A stretch of 63,056 bases of DNA, the filler included. It is 6 parts of 6 records of this genome, joined end to end, with 100 filler letters (N's around TTAATTAATTAA, not from the genome) between each part and the next. Parts side by side here need not be neighbours in the genome. Positions count along the whole stretch, not along the records: positions 1 to 28,651 come from SRR20825010_7172; positions 28,752 to 33,470 come from SRR20825010_7198; 4 more parts are not named here. One strand, given 5' to 3'. This document shows positions 19,665-28,752 of the stretch, piece by piece. A program made the translations under genes and the position numbers. Positions within the stretch are counted from its first letter, which is position 1. The number at the start of each line of letters is the position of its first letter. Under the pieces are notes generated by a model, which made no database searches, was not told the origin of the DNA, and saw nothing but the letters and a program-made list of their open reading frames with translations.

Positions 19665-20641
19665 CTATGGAAAATCAGCCATCTTCCCAGCCCCCGCAGA
19701 ATGAGCGGGAATGGAAGCTGATCGAGAAATTGCTGGGGCAGGCCCAGGATGAACAGCGCAAGTCCCGCCGTTGGGGTATCTTTTTCAAGGCGCTGACCTT
19801 TATATACCTGTTTACCCTGTTGGTGATGGTGATTCCGGGTAAAACCGGTTCTGCCGTGACCATGGCGGAATCGCATGTGGGGATTGTTGACGTAAACGGT
19901 GTGATCGCGCCGGATCAGGATGCCAGTGCGGATTTGATCGTTACCGGCCTGACGCGGGCGTTTGAAGCGGAAAACACCACTGCCGTACTGTTGAAGATCA
20001 ACAGCCCGGGTGGCTCGCCGGTGCAATCCAACCAGGTGTATAACGCCATTAAGCGCCTGCGTGCTGAATACCCGGAAAAGAAGGTATACGCGGCCATTAC
20101 CGATGTGGGCGCCTCCGGGGCTTACTTCATCGCCTCCGCAGCGGATGAGATCTATGCGGACCCGGCCAGTATCGTTGGCTCCATTGGTGTGATCATGGCT
20201 GGGTTCGGGCTGGAGCAGGCAGCGGACAAGCTGGGTGTGGAGCGCCGTGTGCTCACCGCCGGCGAAAACAAGGACCTGATGGATCCGTTCTCGCCGATTC
20301 AGCCGGCCCATCGTAAGCATGTACAGACCATGCTGGATGACATTCACCAGCAGTTTATTACTGCAGTGAAAGAAGGGCGGGGTGATCGACTGAAGGTGGA
20401 TGGTCACCCGGAACTGTTCTCGGGGTTGTTCTGGACCGGTGAGCGAGCGCTGGATCTGGGGCTGATTGACGGCCTGATGAGCCCGGGGCAGGTGGTTCGT
20501 GAGGTGGCCGGCCAGGAAGAGATGCTGAATTACAGCGCCAGCCGTTCTCCCATGGAAGAATTCATTCGCCGTTTCGGTGTATCCATTGGTGAAGGCATGG
20601 CGGCCCAGTTGGGTCTGAGCGCCTCGCCGGTGATTCGTTGA
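19661..20641 (+). CDS. S49 family peptidase (SppA-like)
   Basis: INSPGGSP, GASGAYFIASAAD, GSIGV; single N-terminal TM segment; the start may be the ATG at 19667. Confidence 0.93.
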   Translation: MTMENQPSSQPPQNEREWKLIEKLLGQAQDEQRKSRRWGIFFKALTFIYLFTLLVMVIPGKTGSAVTMAESHVGIVDVNGVIAPDQDASADLIVTGLTRAFEAENTTAVLLKINSPGGSPVQSNQVYNAIKRLRAEYPEKKVYAAITDVGASGAYFIASAADEIYADPASIVGSIGVIMAGFGLEQAADKLGVERRVLTAGENKDLMDPFSPIQPAHRKHVQTMLDDIHQQFITAVKEGRGDRLKVDGHPELFSGLFWTGERALDLGLIDGLMSPGQVVREVAGQEEMLNYSASRSPMEEFIRRFGVSIGEGMAAQLGLSASPVIR

Positions 20642-20648
20642 TCATAAT

Positions 20649-20676
20649 AGCTACGAGCTACGAGCTACGAGCTACT
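20649..20676. repeat. Heptamer tandem repeat (AGCTACG)x3 + AGCTACT
   Basis: Read directly from the sequence just after the S49 stop; continues in degenerate form as AGAAGCT AGAAG. Confidence 0.9.
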
Positions 20677-20685
20677 AGAAGCTAG

Positions 20686-20732
20686 AAGAGGCGAGTCCTG
20701 AAATACGCAATGGCGTTCGGGGCTCGCCTCTT
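20686..20732. terminator. Long hairpin between convergent S49 and yceF genes
   Basis: AAGAGGCGAGTCCTGAA pairs with TTCGGGGCTCGCCTCTT (17 bp, two G-U). Confidence 0.7.
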
Positions 20733-20735
20733 TCC

Positions 20736-21329
20736 TTATATAGGCAGCTGAATCCCTTCGGCAGCCAGGAATTCTGTCAGTACGATCAGTGGCAGGCCCA
20801 CCAGTGTATTCGGGTCGCGTCCTTCCAGTGCCTTGAATAATACAATGCCCAGCCCTTCGGATTTGAAGCTGCCGGCACAGTTAAGTGGCTGTTCGACATC
20901 CACGTAGCGTTCAATCTGGGCTGGTTTCAGGGTGCGGAATTGCACATGAAATGGGTCACAGGCCACCTGGCTGCGGCCGGTGGCGGTATTGAGCAGGCAC
21001 AACCCAGTAAGGAAGGATACCCGCTGACCGCTGGCGGCGCTGAGTTGGCGGATCGCGGTGTCCCGGTCGCCGGGCTTGCCCAGCACTTGACCGCCGATCA
21101 CGGCGACCTGGTCGGAGCCGATAATCAGGGTGTCCGGATGCTGGTCGGCCAGCGCCAGGGCTTTTTCCCGGGCCAGGCGCATTACCAGGGCGGTAGGGCT
21201 TTCATCCTCATGCCGGGATTCATCGATATCCGGACTTTGGTGGATAAAATCCAGCTTCAGCTTGTCCAATAACTGGCGCCGAAACGGCGATGAAGAGGCG
21301 AGTAACAGGGTCGGTGTCTGGTCAGTCAT
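20736..21329 (-). CDS. yceF: Maf family nucleotide pyrophosphatase, YceF type
   Basis: LLLASSSPFRR, IGSDQV, LGKPG, CAGSFKSEGLG; ATG at 21329 has a GGAG RBS. Confidence 0.9.
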   Translation of the reverse strand: MTDQTPTLLLASSSPFRRQLLDKLKLDFIHQSPDIDESRHEDESPTALVMRLAREKALALADQHPDTLIIGSDQVAVIGGQVLGKPGDRDTAIRQLSAASGQRVSFLTGLCLLNTATGRSQVACDPFHVQFRTLKPAQIERYVDVEQPLNCAGSFKSEGLGIVLFKALEGRDPNTLVGLPLIVLTEFLAAEGIQLPI

Positions 21330-21427
21330 GGGGGTCTCCGCGCGTTGCGGGGGCAAGTGTAAGGATTATTTTTTCATGACGCACGAAAAACCCTGTTGAC
21401 TCAGGCGCTTAGTGCCTCACATTAACT

Positions 21428-21456
21428 TTGACAGCAGGGCCTCACGGCCCTAGAAT
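21428..21456 (+). promoter_or_regulatory. Near-consensus sigma70 promoter of yceD-rpmF
   Basis: TTGACA-N17-TAGAAT followed by a GC-rich discriminator TGCGCGC. Confidence 0.88.
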
Positions 21457-21465
21457 TGCGCGCTT

Positions 21466-21981
21466 ATGTTTTCAGGGCAACTGCCACAGTTCCTCGATCC
21501 TCGCAAATATGCGGATCAAGGTCGCATCGTTGAAGGCCAGCTTACCGTTGGAGACCTGCCTCGCCTGCAGGAATACCGCGAAAGTCTGGACCAGCCAGTA
21601 GCAATATCGCTGGCATTCGATCGTGATGATGAGGGGCATCGGCGTATCGAGGGCGAGGTTAGCACCGTATTGGTGCTGCCATGTCAGCGCTGCCTGGAGC
21701 CCGTGAGTTATTCCATTACCGCCCATATCGACGTGGCGCTGGTGTGGAATGAGGATCAGGCCAAGGCATTGCCGGGGCGATTGGACCCTTGGTTGGTTGG
21801 CGAAGAGCGCATGGTTCTCACCGATCTGATCGAAGAGGAGCTGTTGCTGGCTATGCCACTGGTGGCTCTGCATGACCCTTGCCCGACAGCTTTACCGCAG
21901 GACCGCGGTGAACCTGAGAAACACGAAAACGCGGATAATCCTTTTGCCGTGCTGGCCAAATTAAAAGGTCAAGGCAAGTAA
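21466..21981 (+). CDS. yceD: DUF177/YceD family protein
   Basis: CQRCLEP, IEEELLLAMP, NPFAVLAKLK; upstream of rpmF. Confidence 0.93.
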   Translation: MFSGQLPQFLDPRKYADQGRIVEGQLTVGDLPRLQEYRESLDQPVAISLAFDRDDEGHRRIEGEVSTVLVLPCQRCLEPVSYSITAHIDVALVWNEDQAKALPGRLDPWLVGEERMVLTDLIEEELLLAMPLVALHDPCPTALPQDRGEPEKHENADNPFAVLAKLKGQGK

Positions 21982-22014
21982 ATTCAGGCTGAATAAACGC
22001 CCGAGGAGCTCGAA

Positions 22015-22203
22015 ATGGCTGTTCAAAAGAACCGTAAAACCCGTTCCAAGCGCGGCATGCGCCGCTCTCACGATGCGCTGCCCGCCGCTGCGCTGACTGA
22101 AGACACCAACACTGGTGAAGTGCATCGTCGTCACCACATTTCTCCTGACGGCATGTACCGTGGCCGCCAGGTGATCAGTCAGGGTGAATCTGACGACGAA
22201 TAA
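22015..22203 (+). CDS. rpmF: 50S ribosomal protein L32
   Basis: [22 protein letters not shown]...[26 protein letters not shown]. Confidence 0.97.
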   Translation: MAVQKNRKTRSKRGMRRSHDALPAAALTEDTNTGEVHRRHHISPDGMYRGRQVISQGESDDE

Positions 22204-22211
22204 GTTGTGTG

Positions 22212-22239
22212 AAAACGGGAGCTGCGGCTCCCGTTTTTT
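22212..22239 (+). terminator. Intrinsic terminator after rpmF
   Basis: AAAA-CGGGAGC-TGCG-GCTCCCG-TTTTTT. Confidence 0.85.
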
Positions 22240-22300
22240 GTGCCGGCCTGGTCTCGTACTGCCCCTGTGCAGTAAAGATTTGGCTTTCGTGGCACACTTA

Positions 22301-22324
22301 AATCCTCCTTCGGGAGGATTTTTT
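22301..22324 (+). terminator. Second intrinsic terminator upstream of plsX
   Basis: AATCCTCC-TTCG-GGAGGATT-TTTT (cUUCGg tetraloop). Confidence 0.75.
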
Positions 22325-22414
22325 GTAAGTGGATTTGTGATTGAAGGCGGGAATATGTCGCCGTCGAATGATTTTTGTCAGAATGCCTCCAAATTTGAAT
22401 AAAGGAAGCAGCCC

Positions 22415-23431
22415 ATGCCGGTTGTGACGCTAGCAGTGGATGCCATGGGGGGTGATCACGGCTTGTCCGTAACAGTGCCCGCCGTGGCGGCCATGCTGTC
22501 TCGCCATGCGCACATGCACATTATTCTGGTCGGCCAGCCCGACCCCCTGGCTGATGCCTTGTCCCAGGCCGGTATCGCCGGCCACCCCCGTGTCACTGTC
22601 CAGCCAGCCTCCGAAGTGGTGGCCATGGATGACCCTGTTGCCGTGGCTCTGCGGCAGAAAAAAGACTCCTCCATGCGTGTGGCCATCAATATGGTCAAGG
22701 AAGGACGCGCTCAGGCAGCGGTCAGTGCCGGTAATACTGGTGCCCTGATGGCGGTGAGCCGGTTTGTGCTGAAAACCCTGCCAGGGGTGGATCGGCCTGC
22801 CATTTGTACGGCTATCCCTACGGCCAGCGGCCACTGTCACATGCTTGATCTGGGTGCCAATGTGGATTCCGAACCCGCTCATTTACTGCAGTTTGCCCTG
22901 ATGGGGCAGGCGGTCGTGCGTGCGGTGGATGGTGTAGAGCACCCTCGAGTGGCGCTGCTCAACATCGGTGAGGAAGATATCAAGGGCAACGAACAGATCA
23001 AGGAAGCGGCAGGCCTGTTACGCGAAGCCGATGACCTGAACTATGTGGGCTTTGTGGAAGGGAATGGCATTTTTGCCGGCGAAGCGGATGTGGTGGTCTG
23101 TGATGGTTTCGTCGGCAACGTGTCGCTGAAAACCATGGAAGGCGTGGCGAAAATGATCGGCAACATGCTGCGTGAAGAAATCAAGCAATCCTGGTTGCGC
23201 AAGTTGTGTGGCCTGTTTGCCTTGCCGGTTCTGGTGGGCCTGAAAAAGCGCATGGACCCGGATCACTACAATGGCGCAAGCCTGGTCGGCCTGCGTGGGG
23301 TGGTGGTGAAAAGTCATGGTGGCACCAGCAAGGAAGGCTTCGCCTGCGCGCTGGAGGTGGCTCAACTGGAGGCGCGACGCAATGTGCCCTCACTGATCAG
23401 TGATGCACTGAGTCAGGCCAGCGCCGACTGA
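22415..23431 (+). CDS. plsX: Phosphate acyltransferase
   Basis: AVDAMGGDHG, SAGNTGALM, LDLGAN, LLNIGEE, CDGFVGN, KSHG. Confidence 0.96.
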   Translation: MPVVTLAVDAMGGDHGLSVTVPAVAAMLSRHAHMHIILVGQPDPLADALSQAGIAGHPRVTVQPASEVVAMDDPVAVALRQKKDSSMRVAINMVKEGRAQAAVSAGNTGALMAVSRFVLKTLPGVDRPAICTAIPTASGHCHMLDLGANVDSEPAHLLQFALMGQAVVRAVDGVEHPRVALLNIGEEDIKGNEQIKEAAGLLREADDLNYVGFVEGNGIFAGEADVVVCDGFVGNVSLKTMEGVAKMIGNMLREEIKQSWLRKLCGLFALPVLVGLKKRMDPDHYNGASLVGLRGVVVKSHGGTSKEGFACALEVAQLEARRNVPSLISDALSQASAD

Positions 23432-23557
23432 AATCTGCGTCGGGGTCAGCTGGCCCCGGTGTTGTTCATACTTTGTTTCAGGCCCGACCGGACAGCGAAA
23501 GCGAAAGCCGGCATACTGCGGCCTGCCTATTCCTGTCTATTTTTAAGGGGATGTTGA

Positions 23558-24487
23558 ATGTCGAAGACAGCCTTTATTTTTCCCGGTCAGGGCTCCCAGA
23601 GTCTGGGAATGCTGAGTGAATTTGCCGAACGTCCGGCAGTGAAGCAGACCTTTCAGGAAGCCTCCGGTGCACTGGATCAAGATCTCTGGGCGTTGGCCCA
23701 GGAAGGGCCGAAAGACGCACTGAATCAAACCGAAATTACCCAGCCTCTGCTGCTGACCGCAGGCGTTGCCCTGTGGCGGCTGTGGGAGCAAAGCGGTGGT
23801 CCGCGGCCGAATGTACTGGCCGGGCATAGCCTGGGTGAATACAGCGCATTGACCTGTGCCGGTGTCATCAATCTGGGCGATGCCGTGCGGCTGGTTCGCA
23901 CCCGTGGCCAGCTTATGCAGAAGGCGGTGGGGCAAGGTGAAGGCAGCATGGCGGCGATCTTGGGTCTGGATGATGAGCAGGTTCGCGCTGCCTGTGCGCA
24001 AGCGGCGCAGGGAGGTGTGGTTGAGGCGGTCAATTACAATGCGCCTGGTCAGGTGGTGATTGCCGGTTCCGCGGATGCGGTTGAGCGCGCGATTGCGGCC
24101 TGTAAAGAGGCCGGGGCGAAACGCGCCATGGCGCTACCGGTGAGCGTGCCTTCTCACTGTGCGCTGATGAAGCCTGCGGCGGAGCAACTGGCTGATACCT
24201 TGAACGGTACACGTTTTCATGCGGCGGAAATGCCGGTCATCAACAATGTGGATGTGGCAATGGAAACGGATCCGGAGAAAATCCGCGATGCGTTGATTCG
24301 CCAGCTTTATTCACCGGTGCGCTGGGTGGAAACCATTCAGGCGCTGAAAGAGCAGGGCGTAGGGCATCTCTACGAGTGTGGCCCGGGCAAGGTCCTGTGT
24401 GGACTGGTCAAGCGTATTGATCGCGACATGGCGGCCCGTCCGCTGGAAACAGAAGACGCTTTCACGGCGGCGCTGCAAGGAGAATAA
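23558..24487 (+). CDS. fabD: Malonyl-CoA-ACP transacylase
   Basis: FPGQGSQ, GHSLGEY, VSVPSHC. Confidence 0.97.
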   Translation: MSKTAFIFPGQGSQSLGMLSEFAERPAVKQTFQEASGALDQDLWALAQEGPKDALNQTEITQPLLLTAGVALWRLWEQSGGPRPNVLAGHSLGEYSALTCAGVINLGDAVRLVRTRGQLMQKAVGQGEGSMAAILGLDDEQVRAACAQAAQGGVVEAVNYNAPGQVVIAGSADAVERAIAACKEAGAKRAMALPVSVPSHCALMKPAAEQLADTLNGTRFHAAEMPVINNVDVAMETDPEKIRDALIRQLYSPVRWVETIQALKEQGVGHLYECGPGKVLCGLVKRIDRDMAARPLETEDAFTAALQGE

Positions 24488-24489
24488 GC

Positions 24490-25221
24490 ATGTCAGAGAA
24501 AAAAGTGGCGTTGGTGACTGGCGCGAGCCGCGGCATTGGCCGGGCGATTGCCGAGCAGTTGATTGCCGACGGCTTCTTTGTTGTTGGCACAGCCACCACG
24601 GAAAGCGGCGCGGCAGCCATTGGCGATGCGCTGGGTGAAAACGGTGCCGGCAAGATGCTCAACGTGGCCGACAAGGCGTCGGTGGACGAGACACTCAAAA
24701 GCATCAACGATGAATTCGGTGCTCCTTTGGTGCTGGTGAATAACGCCGGCATTACCCGCGACAACATCATGCTTCGGATGAAGGAAGATGAGTGGGAAGA
24801 TGTCATCAATACCAACCTGAATTCCCTTTATCGCGTTAGCAAGGCATGCTTGAAAGGCATGACCAAGGCGCGTTGGGGCCGGATCATCAATATCAGTTCG
24901 GTGGTCGGTACCATGGGCAATGCGGGGCAAGCCAACTATGCGGCGGCCAAGGGCGGTGTGGAAGGTTTCTCACGGGCGTTGGCCCGCGAGCTTGGCTCAC
25001 GTAATATCACGGTGAATTCTGTTGCACCGGGCTTTATTCAGACGGACATGACAGAGGCTTTGCCGGAAGCCCAGAAAGAGGCGCTTTTGCAGGGGATCCC
25101 CCTGGGGCGTTTGGGGCAGCCGGCGGAGATAGCCAGCGCTGTTGCCTGGCTGGCCAGTGATGGCGGTGGTTATGTAACCGGAACCACTTTGCACGTCAAT
25201 GGGGGCATGTTTACCGGGTAG
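24490..25221 (+). CDS. fabG: 3-oxoacyl-ACP reductase
   Basis: TGASRGIG, NNAGITRD, YAAAK, VNGG. Confidence 0.97.
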   Translation: MSEKKVALVTGASRGIGRAIAEQLIADGFFVVGTATTESGAAAIGDALGENGAGKMLNVADKASVDETLKSINDEFGAPLVLVNNAGITRDNIMLRMKEDEWEDVINTNLNSLYRVSKACLKGMTKARWGRIINISSVVGTMGNAGQANYAAAKGGVEGFSRALARELGSRNITVNSVAPGFIQTDMTEALPEAQKEALLQGIPLGRLGQPAEIASAVAWLASDGGGYVTGTTLHVNGGMFTG

Positions 25222-25328
25222 CTCAAAAAATGGGCATCTGAACGTTTCTGGGAAAGCTGGCTAATTGACTGTTTTCGCAGAAGAAAATATTTGGAAAAAC
25301 TTCAAGGGAAGGCATCGGTCCAGTCGGC

Positions 25329-25358
25329 TTGCAAGCGCAAACAGCGTTCACCTAGAAT
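25329..25358 (+). promoter_or_regulatory. Putative sigma70 promoter of acpP
   Basis: TTGCAA-N18-TAGAAT about 50 nt upstream of acpP. Confidence 0.6.
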
Positions 25359-25407
25359 AGCCGCTGACAGGTGCTAGCACACCATTAATCAGGAGAGTAA
25401 TACGATC

Positions 25408-25641
25408 ATGAGCAGCATCGAAGAACGCGTAAACAAAATCATCGTTGAGCAACTGGGTGTTAAGCCGGAAGACGTAAAATCCGAAGCGTCCTTCGTTGAA
25501 GATCTGGGTGCAGACTCCCTGGACACCGTTGAGCTGGTGATGGCCCTGGAAGAAGAATTTGAAACTGAAATTCCGGACGAAGAAGCTGAGAAAATCAGCA
25601 CCGTCCAGTCCGCTGTGGATTACATCAAAGCACACAGCTGA
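25408..25641 (+). CDS. acpP: Acyl carrier protein
   Basis: [28 protein letters not shown]. Confidence 0.98.
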   Translation: MSSIEERVNKIIVEQLGVKPEDVKSEASFVEDLGADSLDTVELVMALEEEFETEIPDEEAEKISTVQSAVDYIKAHS

Positions 25642-25662
25642 GTTCGGTTGTTCGAATAACAG

Positions 25663-25697
25663 AAAAGCCGCAGGTTCAATGAGCTTGCGGCTTTTTT
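25663..25697 (+). terminator. Intrinsic terminator after acpP
   Basis: AAAAGCCGCAGGTTC-AAT-GAGCTTGCGGCTTTTTT. Confidence 0.82.
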
Positions 25698-25828
25698 GTG
25701 GCCAGAATATTTGTGGCGACAAGTGACGTTTTCTTACATTACGGCGACCTGTTACCGGGCCGCTTGTAGTAATCTTGTCGCATTACGGCCGTTAAATGGC
25801 GCCAAAATAATGGATTGGGAGGTATCGG

Positions 25829-27067
25829 GTGACGTCACGTCGAGTCGTTATTACAGGGTTGGGAATGCTCACGCCGCTGGGAGTCGATGTGGCTTCTACC
25901 TGGGAAGGTATCAAGGCGGGCAAGAGTGGCATTCGTAACATCGAGCACTTTGATACGGAGCCTTTCGCTACCCGTTTTGCCGGCCTGGTGCCTGATTTTG
26001 ATATTTCCGAGTACCTGCCCCCCAAAGATGCCCGCAAGATGGACGTCTTCGTGCAATACGGGCTGGTGGCGGCCATTCAGGCGGTGCGTGATGCGGGCCT
26101 GGACATGGAAAAGGAAGATGCCGAGCGTGTGGGGGCGGCGATTGGCTCTGGTATTGGTGGCCTTACCAATATTGAAGACAATCACCGCAAGCTGCTCGAT
26201 TCCGGCCCCCGCAAGCTGTCACCGTTCTTTGTGCCTGGCACCATCATCAACATGATCGCGGGTAATCTGGCGATCATGTACGGCATGAAAGGGCCCAACT
26301 TTGCCACGGTAACGGCCTGTACCACCGGGACCCATAACATTGGTTTTGCTGCCCAGCAGATTGTGCTGGGGCAAGCGGACGTAATGGTTGCCGGGGGCGC
26401 GGAGAAGGGCTCTTCGCCGTTGGGGTTGGGTGGTTTCGCTGCCGCCCGTGCGCTATCCACCCGTAACGATGACCCGCAAGCCGCCAGCCGACCCTGGGAC
26501 AAGGACCGGGACGGCTTCGTGCTGGCCGATGGTGCCGGCGCGGTGGTGCTGGAAGAGTACGAGCACGCCAAGGCCCGTGGTGCCACGATTTATGCAGAGC
26601 TGGCCGGTTTTGGCATGAGTGATGATGCCTATCACATCACCTCTCCGGCAGAGGGCGGCGACGGTGCCATGCGGGCCATGCGTAATGCCCTGCGAAATGC
26701 CGGTGTCGAGCCGGAGCAGGTGGATTACATCAACGCTCACGGCACCTCCACACAGATGGGTGATGTGGCAGAAGCCATGGCGGTGAAAACCCTGTTTGGC
26801 GACCATGCCTATAATCTGGCGGTGAGCTCGACTAAATCCATGGTTGGGCACTTGCTGGGGGCGGCGGGGGCTGTGGAAGCGATTTTCTCCATTCTCGCCA
26901 TGCGTGATTCGGTGGCGCCGCCCACCATCAATCTGGATAACCCGGATGAAGGCTGTGACCTGAACTTCGTGGCGAACCAGGCGCAGGAACGCACCATTCA
27001 GTACGCGTTGTCCAACTCGTTCGGTTTCGGTGGTACTAACGGTACCCTGCTGTTCAAGAAGGTGTAA
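25829..27067 (+). CDS. fabF: Beta-ketoacyl-ACP synthase II
   Basis: [34 protein letters not shown] start with GGAGG. Confidence 0.97.
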   Translation: MTSRRVVITGLGMLTPLGVDVASTWEGIKAGKSGIRNIEHFDTEPFATRFAGLVPDFDISEYLPPKDARKMDVFVQYGLVAAIQAVRDAGLDMEKEDAERVGAAIGSGIGGLTNIEDNHRKLLDSGPRKLSPFFVPGTIINMIAGNLAIMYGMKGPNFATVTACTTGTHNIGFAAQQIVLGQADVMVAGGAEKGSSPLGLGGFAAARALSTRNDDPQAASRPWDKDRDGFVLADGAGAVVLEEYEHAKARGATIYAELAGFGMSDDAYHITSPAEGGDGAMRAMRNALRNAGVEPEQVDYINAHGTSTQMGDVAEAMAVKTLFGDHAYNLAVSSTKSMVGHLLGAAGAVEAIFSILAMRDSVAPPTINLDNPDEGCDLNFVANQAQERTIQYALSNSFGFGGTNGTLLFKKV

Positions 27068-27879
27068 TGCCGCTGAATCCCCGTGACCGCGGTCTCGCCT
27101 ACGGCGACGGTGTTTTTGAAACCGTGCGCGTGGCTGCCTCCGGCGAAGCGCCCCTGTGGTCGCGCCACCGTGCTCGCATGGTGGCCGGGCTGCACGCGCT
27201 GGATATTGCGTTACCCGATCAATCCCGACTTGATGCTGCCCTGAATGAAGGGATTGCCGCGCTCCGCGGTGAGCCTGGAGTGGTCAAGTTGACGGTCACG
27301 CGCGGCGTTGGCGGCCGTGGCTATTTGCCGCCTGCATCGGCAAAACCCACGGTGTTGTGGCAAAGTGGGGAGCCGCCAGCCTGGTCTGAACGGCTTCGCC
27401 GCGAAGGTCTGGTGCTGGGGCTCTGCCAGACGCCGCTGTATTCTGAGCCGTTGGCTGGGTTCAAGCATCTGAACCGGCTTCCTCAGGTAATGGCTCGCCG
27501 CGAAGTGGCGGGTCAGGGCTGGGACGAAGGGTTGTTGCTCAGTACCCGCAGGCAGCCGTTGGAAGCCACCTCCATGAATCTTTTTGCCCGGTTCGCCGAT
27601 CACTGGTGGATGCCTGATCTGGCTGCCGCTGGAGCCGGCGTGGTCGGCGTCATGCGAAGCCACCTTTTCGACACGTTGCAACAACAAGGTGAAAAGGTGA
27701 TTTGCGATCTGCGGCCGCTGTCACAGCTGCGCACTGCTGACGGGCTGTTTCTGTGTAACAGTATTGTCGGCGTGCTCCCGGTGCGTAAACTGGCGCAATG
27801 GCATTGGCCGGTGCTGGCATCGGTCCGGGAACTGCAACAGTCGACAGAAACCTTTTTGGCCGGCTCACTGAAGGGCTAA
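27067..27879 (+). CDS. pabC: Aminodeoxychorismate lyase (class IV PLP fold)
   Basis: DRGLAYGDGVFET, KHLNRL, CNSIVG; conserved fabF-pabC-mltG order. Confidence 0.92.
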   Translation: MPLNPRDRGLAYGDGVFETVRVAASGEAPLWSRHRARMVAGLHALDIALPDQSRLDAALNEGIAALRGEPGVVKLTVTRGVGGRGYLPPASAKPTVLWQSGEPPAWSERLRREGLVLGLCQTPLYSEPLAGFKHLNRLPQVMARREVAGQGWDEGLLLSTRRQPLEATSMNLFARFADHWWMPDLAAAGAGVVGVMRSHLFDTLQQQGEKVICDLRPLSQLRTADGLFLCNSIVGVLPVRKLAQWHWPVLASVRELQQSTETFLAGSLKG

Positions 27880-27889
27880 TAACCGCACT

Positions 27890-28651
27890 ATGCGAAAAAA
27901 AATCCGTATTTTTGGACTGCTGGTTGTCTTGCTGGTAGTCGCTGTACCCGTGGCGGGGGCCTGGGTCAGTAGTTATCTACATCGCCCATTACCGGTTTCT
28001 GACGCATTAACGGTGGAGGTGCCCCGGGGCGCCGGTTTAAGCCGGGTGCTGTATAACCTCAATGATGAAGGCATCCTGGGTAAGGGCTTGGAAGCTCGTT
28101 TCCGCCGTGTCGGCGCGCGCCTTTATTCTGCTTTCACCGGCATGGATGGCCGCATGCATGTGGGTGAGTATCAACTCAAGCCCGGTGATTCGCTGTTGTC
28201 CCTGCTGGAGAAAATGGACCGGGGCGATGTGCTGCAACGCAGCCTGACTCTGGTGGAAGGTTGGAACTTCCGGGAGCTGCGTGCCCGGTTGGCCTCTCTG
28301 GAAACGCTTGAGCACCGCCTGGACGGGTTGACCGATGAACAAGTGATGGCGGAACTAGGCCGCCCGGACAGCCATCCGGAAGGGTGGTTCGCCCCGGAAA
28401 CCTATTTTTATACCCGCGGGACCTCAGACCTGACCATCCTGGCCCGGGCATTGGCGCGTCAGGAAAACATCCTCGATGAAGCCTGGCAGCAGCGGGCCAA
28501 GGATCTGCCCTACGACACGCCCTACGAGGCGCTGATTATGGCGTCTATCGTGGAAAGGGAAACCGGTGTGCCAAAAGAGCGCCCGGAAATTGCCGGGGTG
28601 TTTACCAACCGCTTGAACAAGGGCATGCGCCTGCAAACCGACCCGACGGTG
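27890..28651 (+). CDS. mltG: Endolytic transglycosylase MltG, 3' truncated by the contig end
   Basis: EGWFAPETY, ASIVERETG, NRLNKGMRLQTDPTV. Confidence 0.95.
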
Positions 28652-28751
28652 NNNNNNNNNNNNNNNNNNNNNNNNNNNNNNNNNNNNNNNNNNNNTTAAT
28701 TAATTAANNNNNNNNNNNNNNNNNNNNNNNNNNNNNNNNNNNNNNNNNNNN
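28652..28751. other. Artificial contig linker (N44-TTAATTAATTAA-N44)
   Basis: Exactly 100 nt; the central 12-mer gives stops in all six frames; base composition and gene content change across it. Confidence 0.98.
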
Positions 28752-28752
28752 G

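Noticed and set aside
23432-23557. No fabH between plsX and fabD
   Set aside because: The same arrangement occurs in Pseudomonas-like genomes; ordinary.
28696-28707. TTAATTAATTAA palindrome recurring five times
   Set aside because: Always centred in N-runs of identical length; a synthetic six-frame stop spacer, not a biological repeat or CRISPR.
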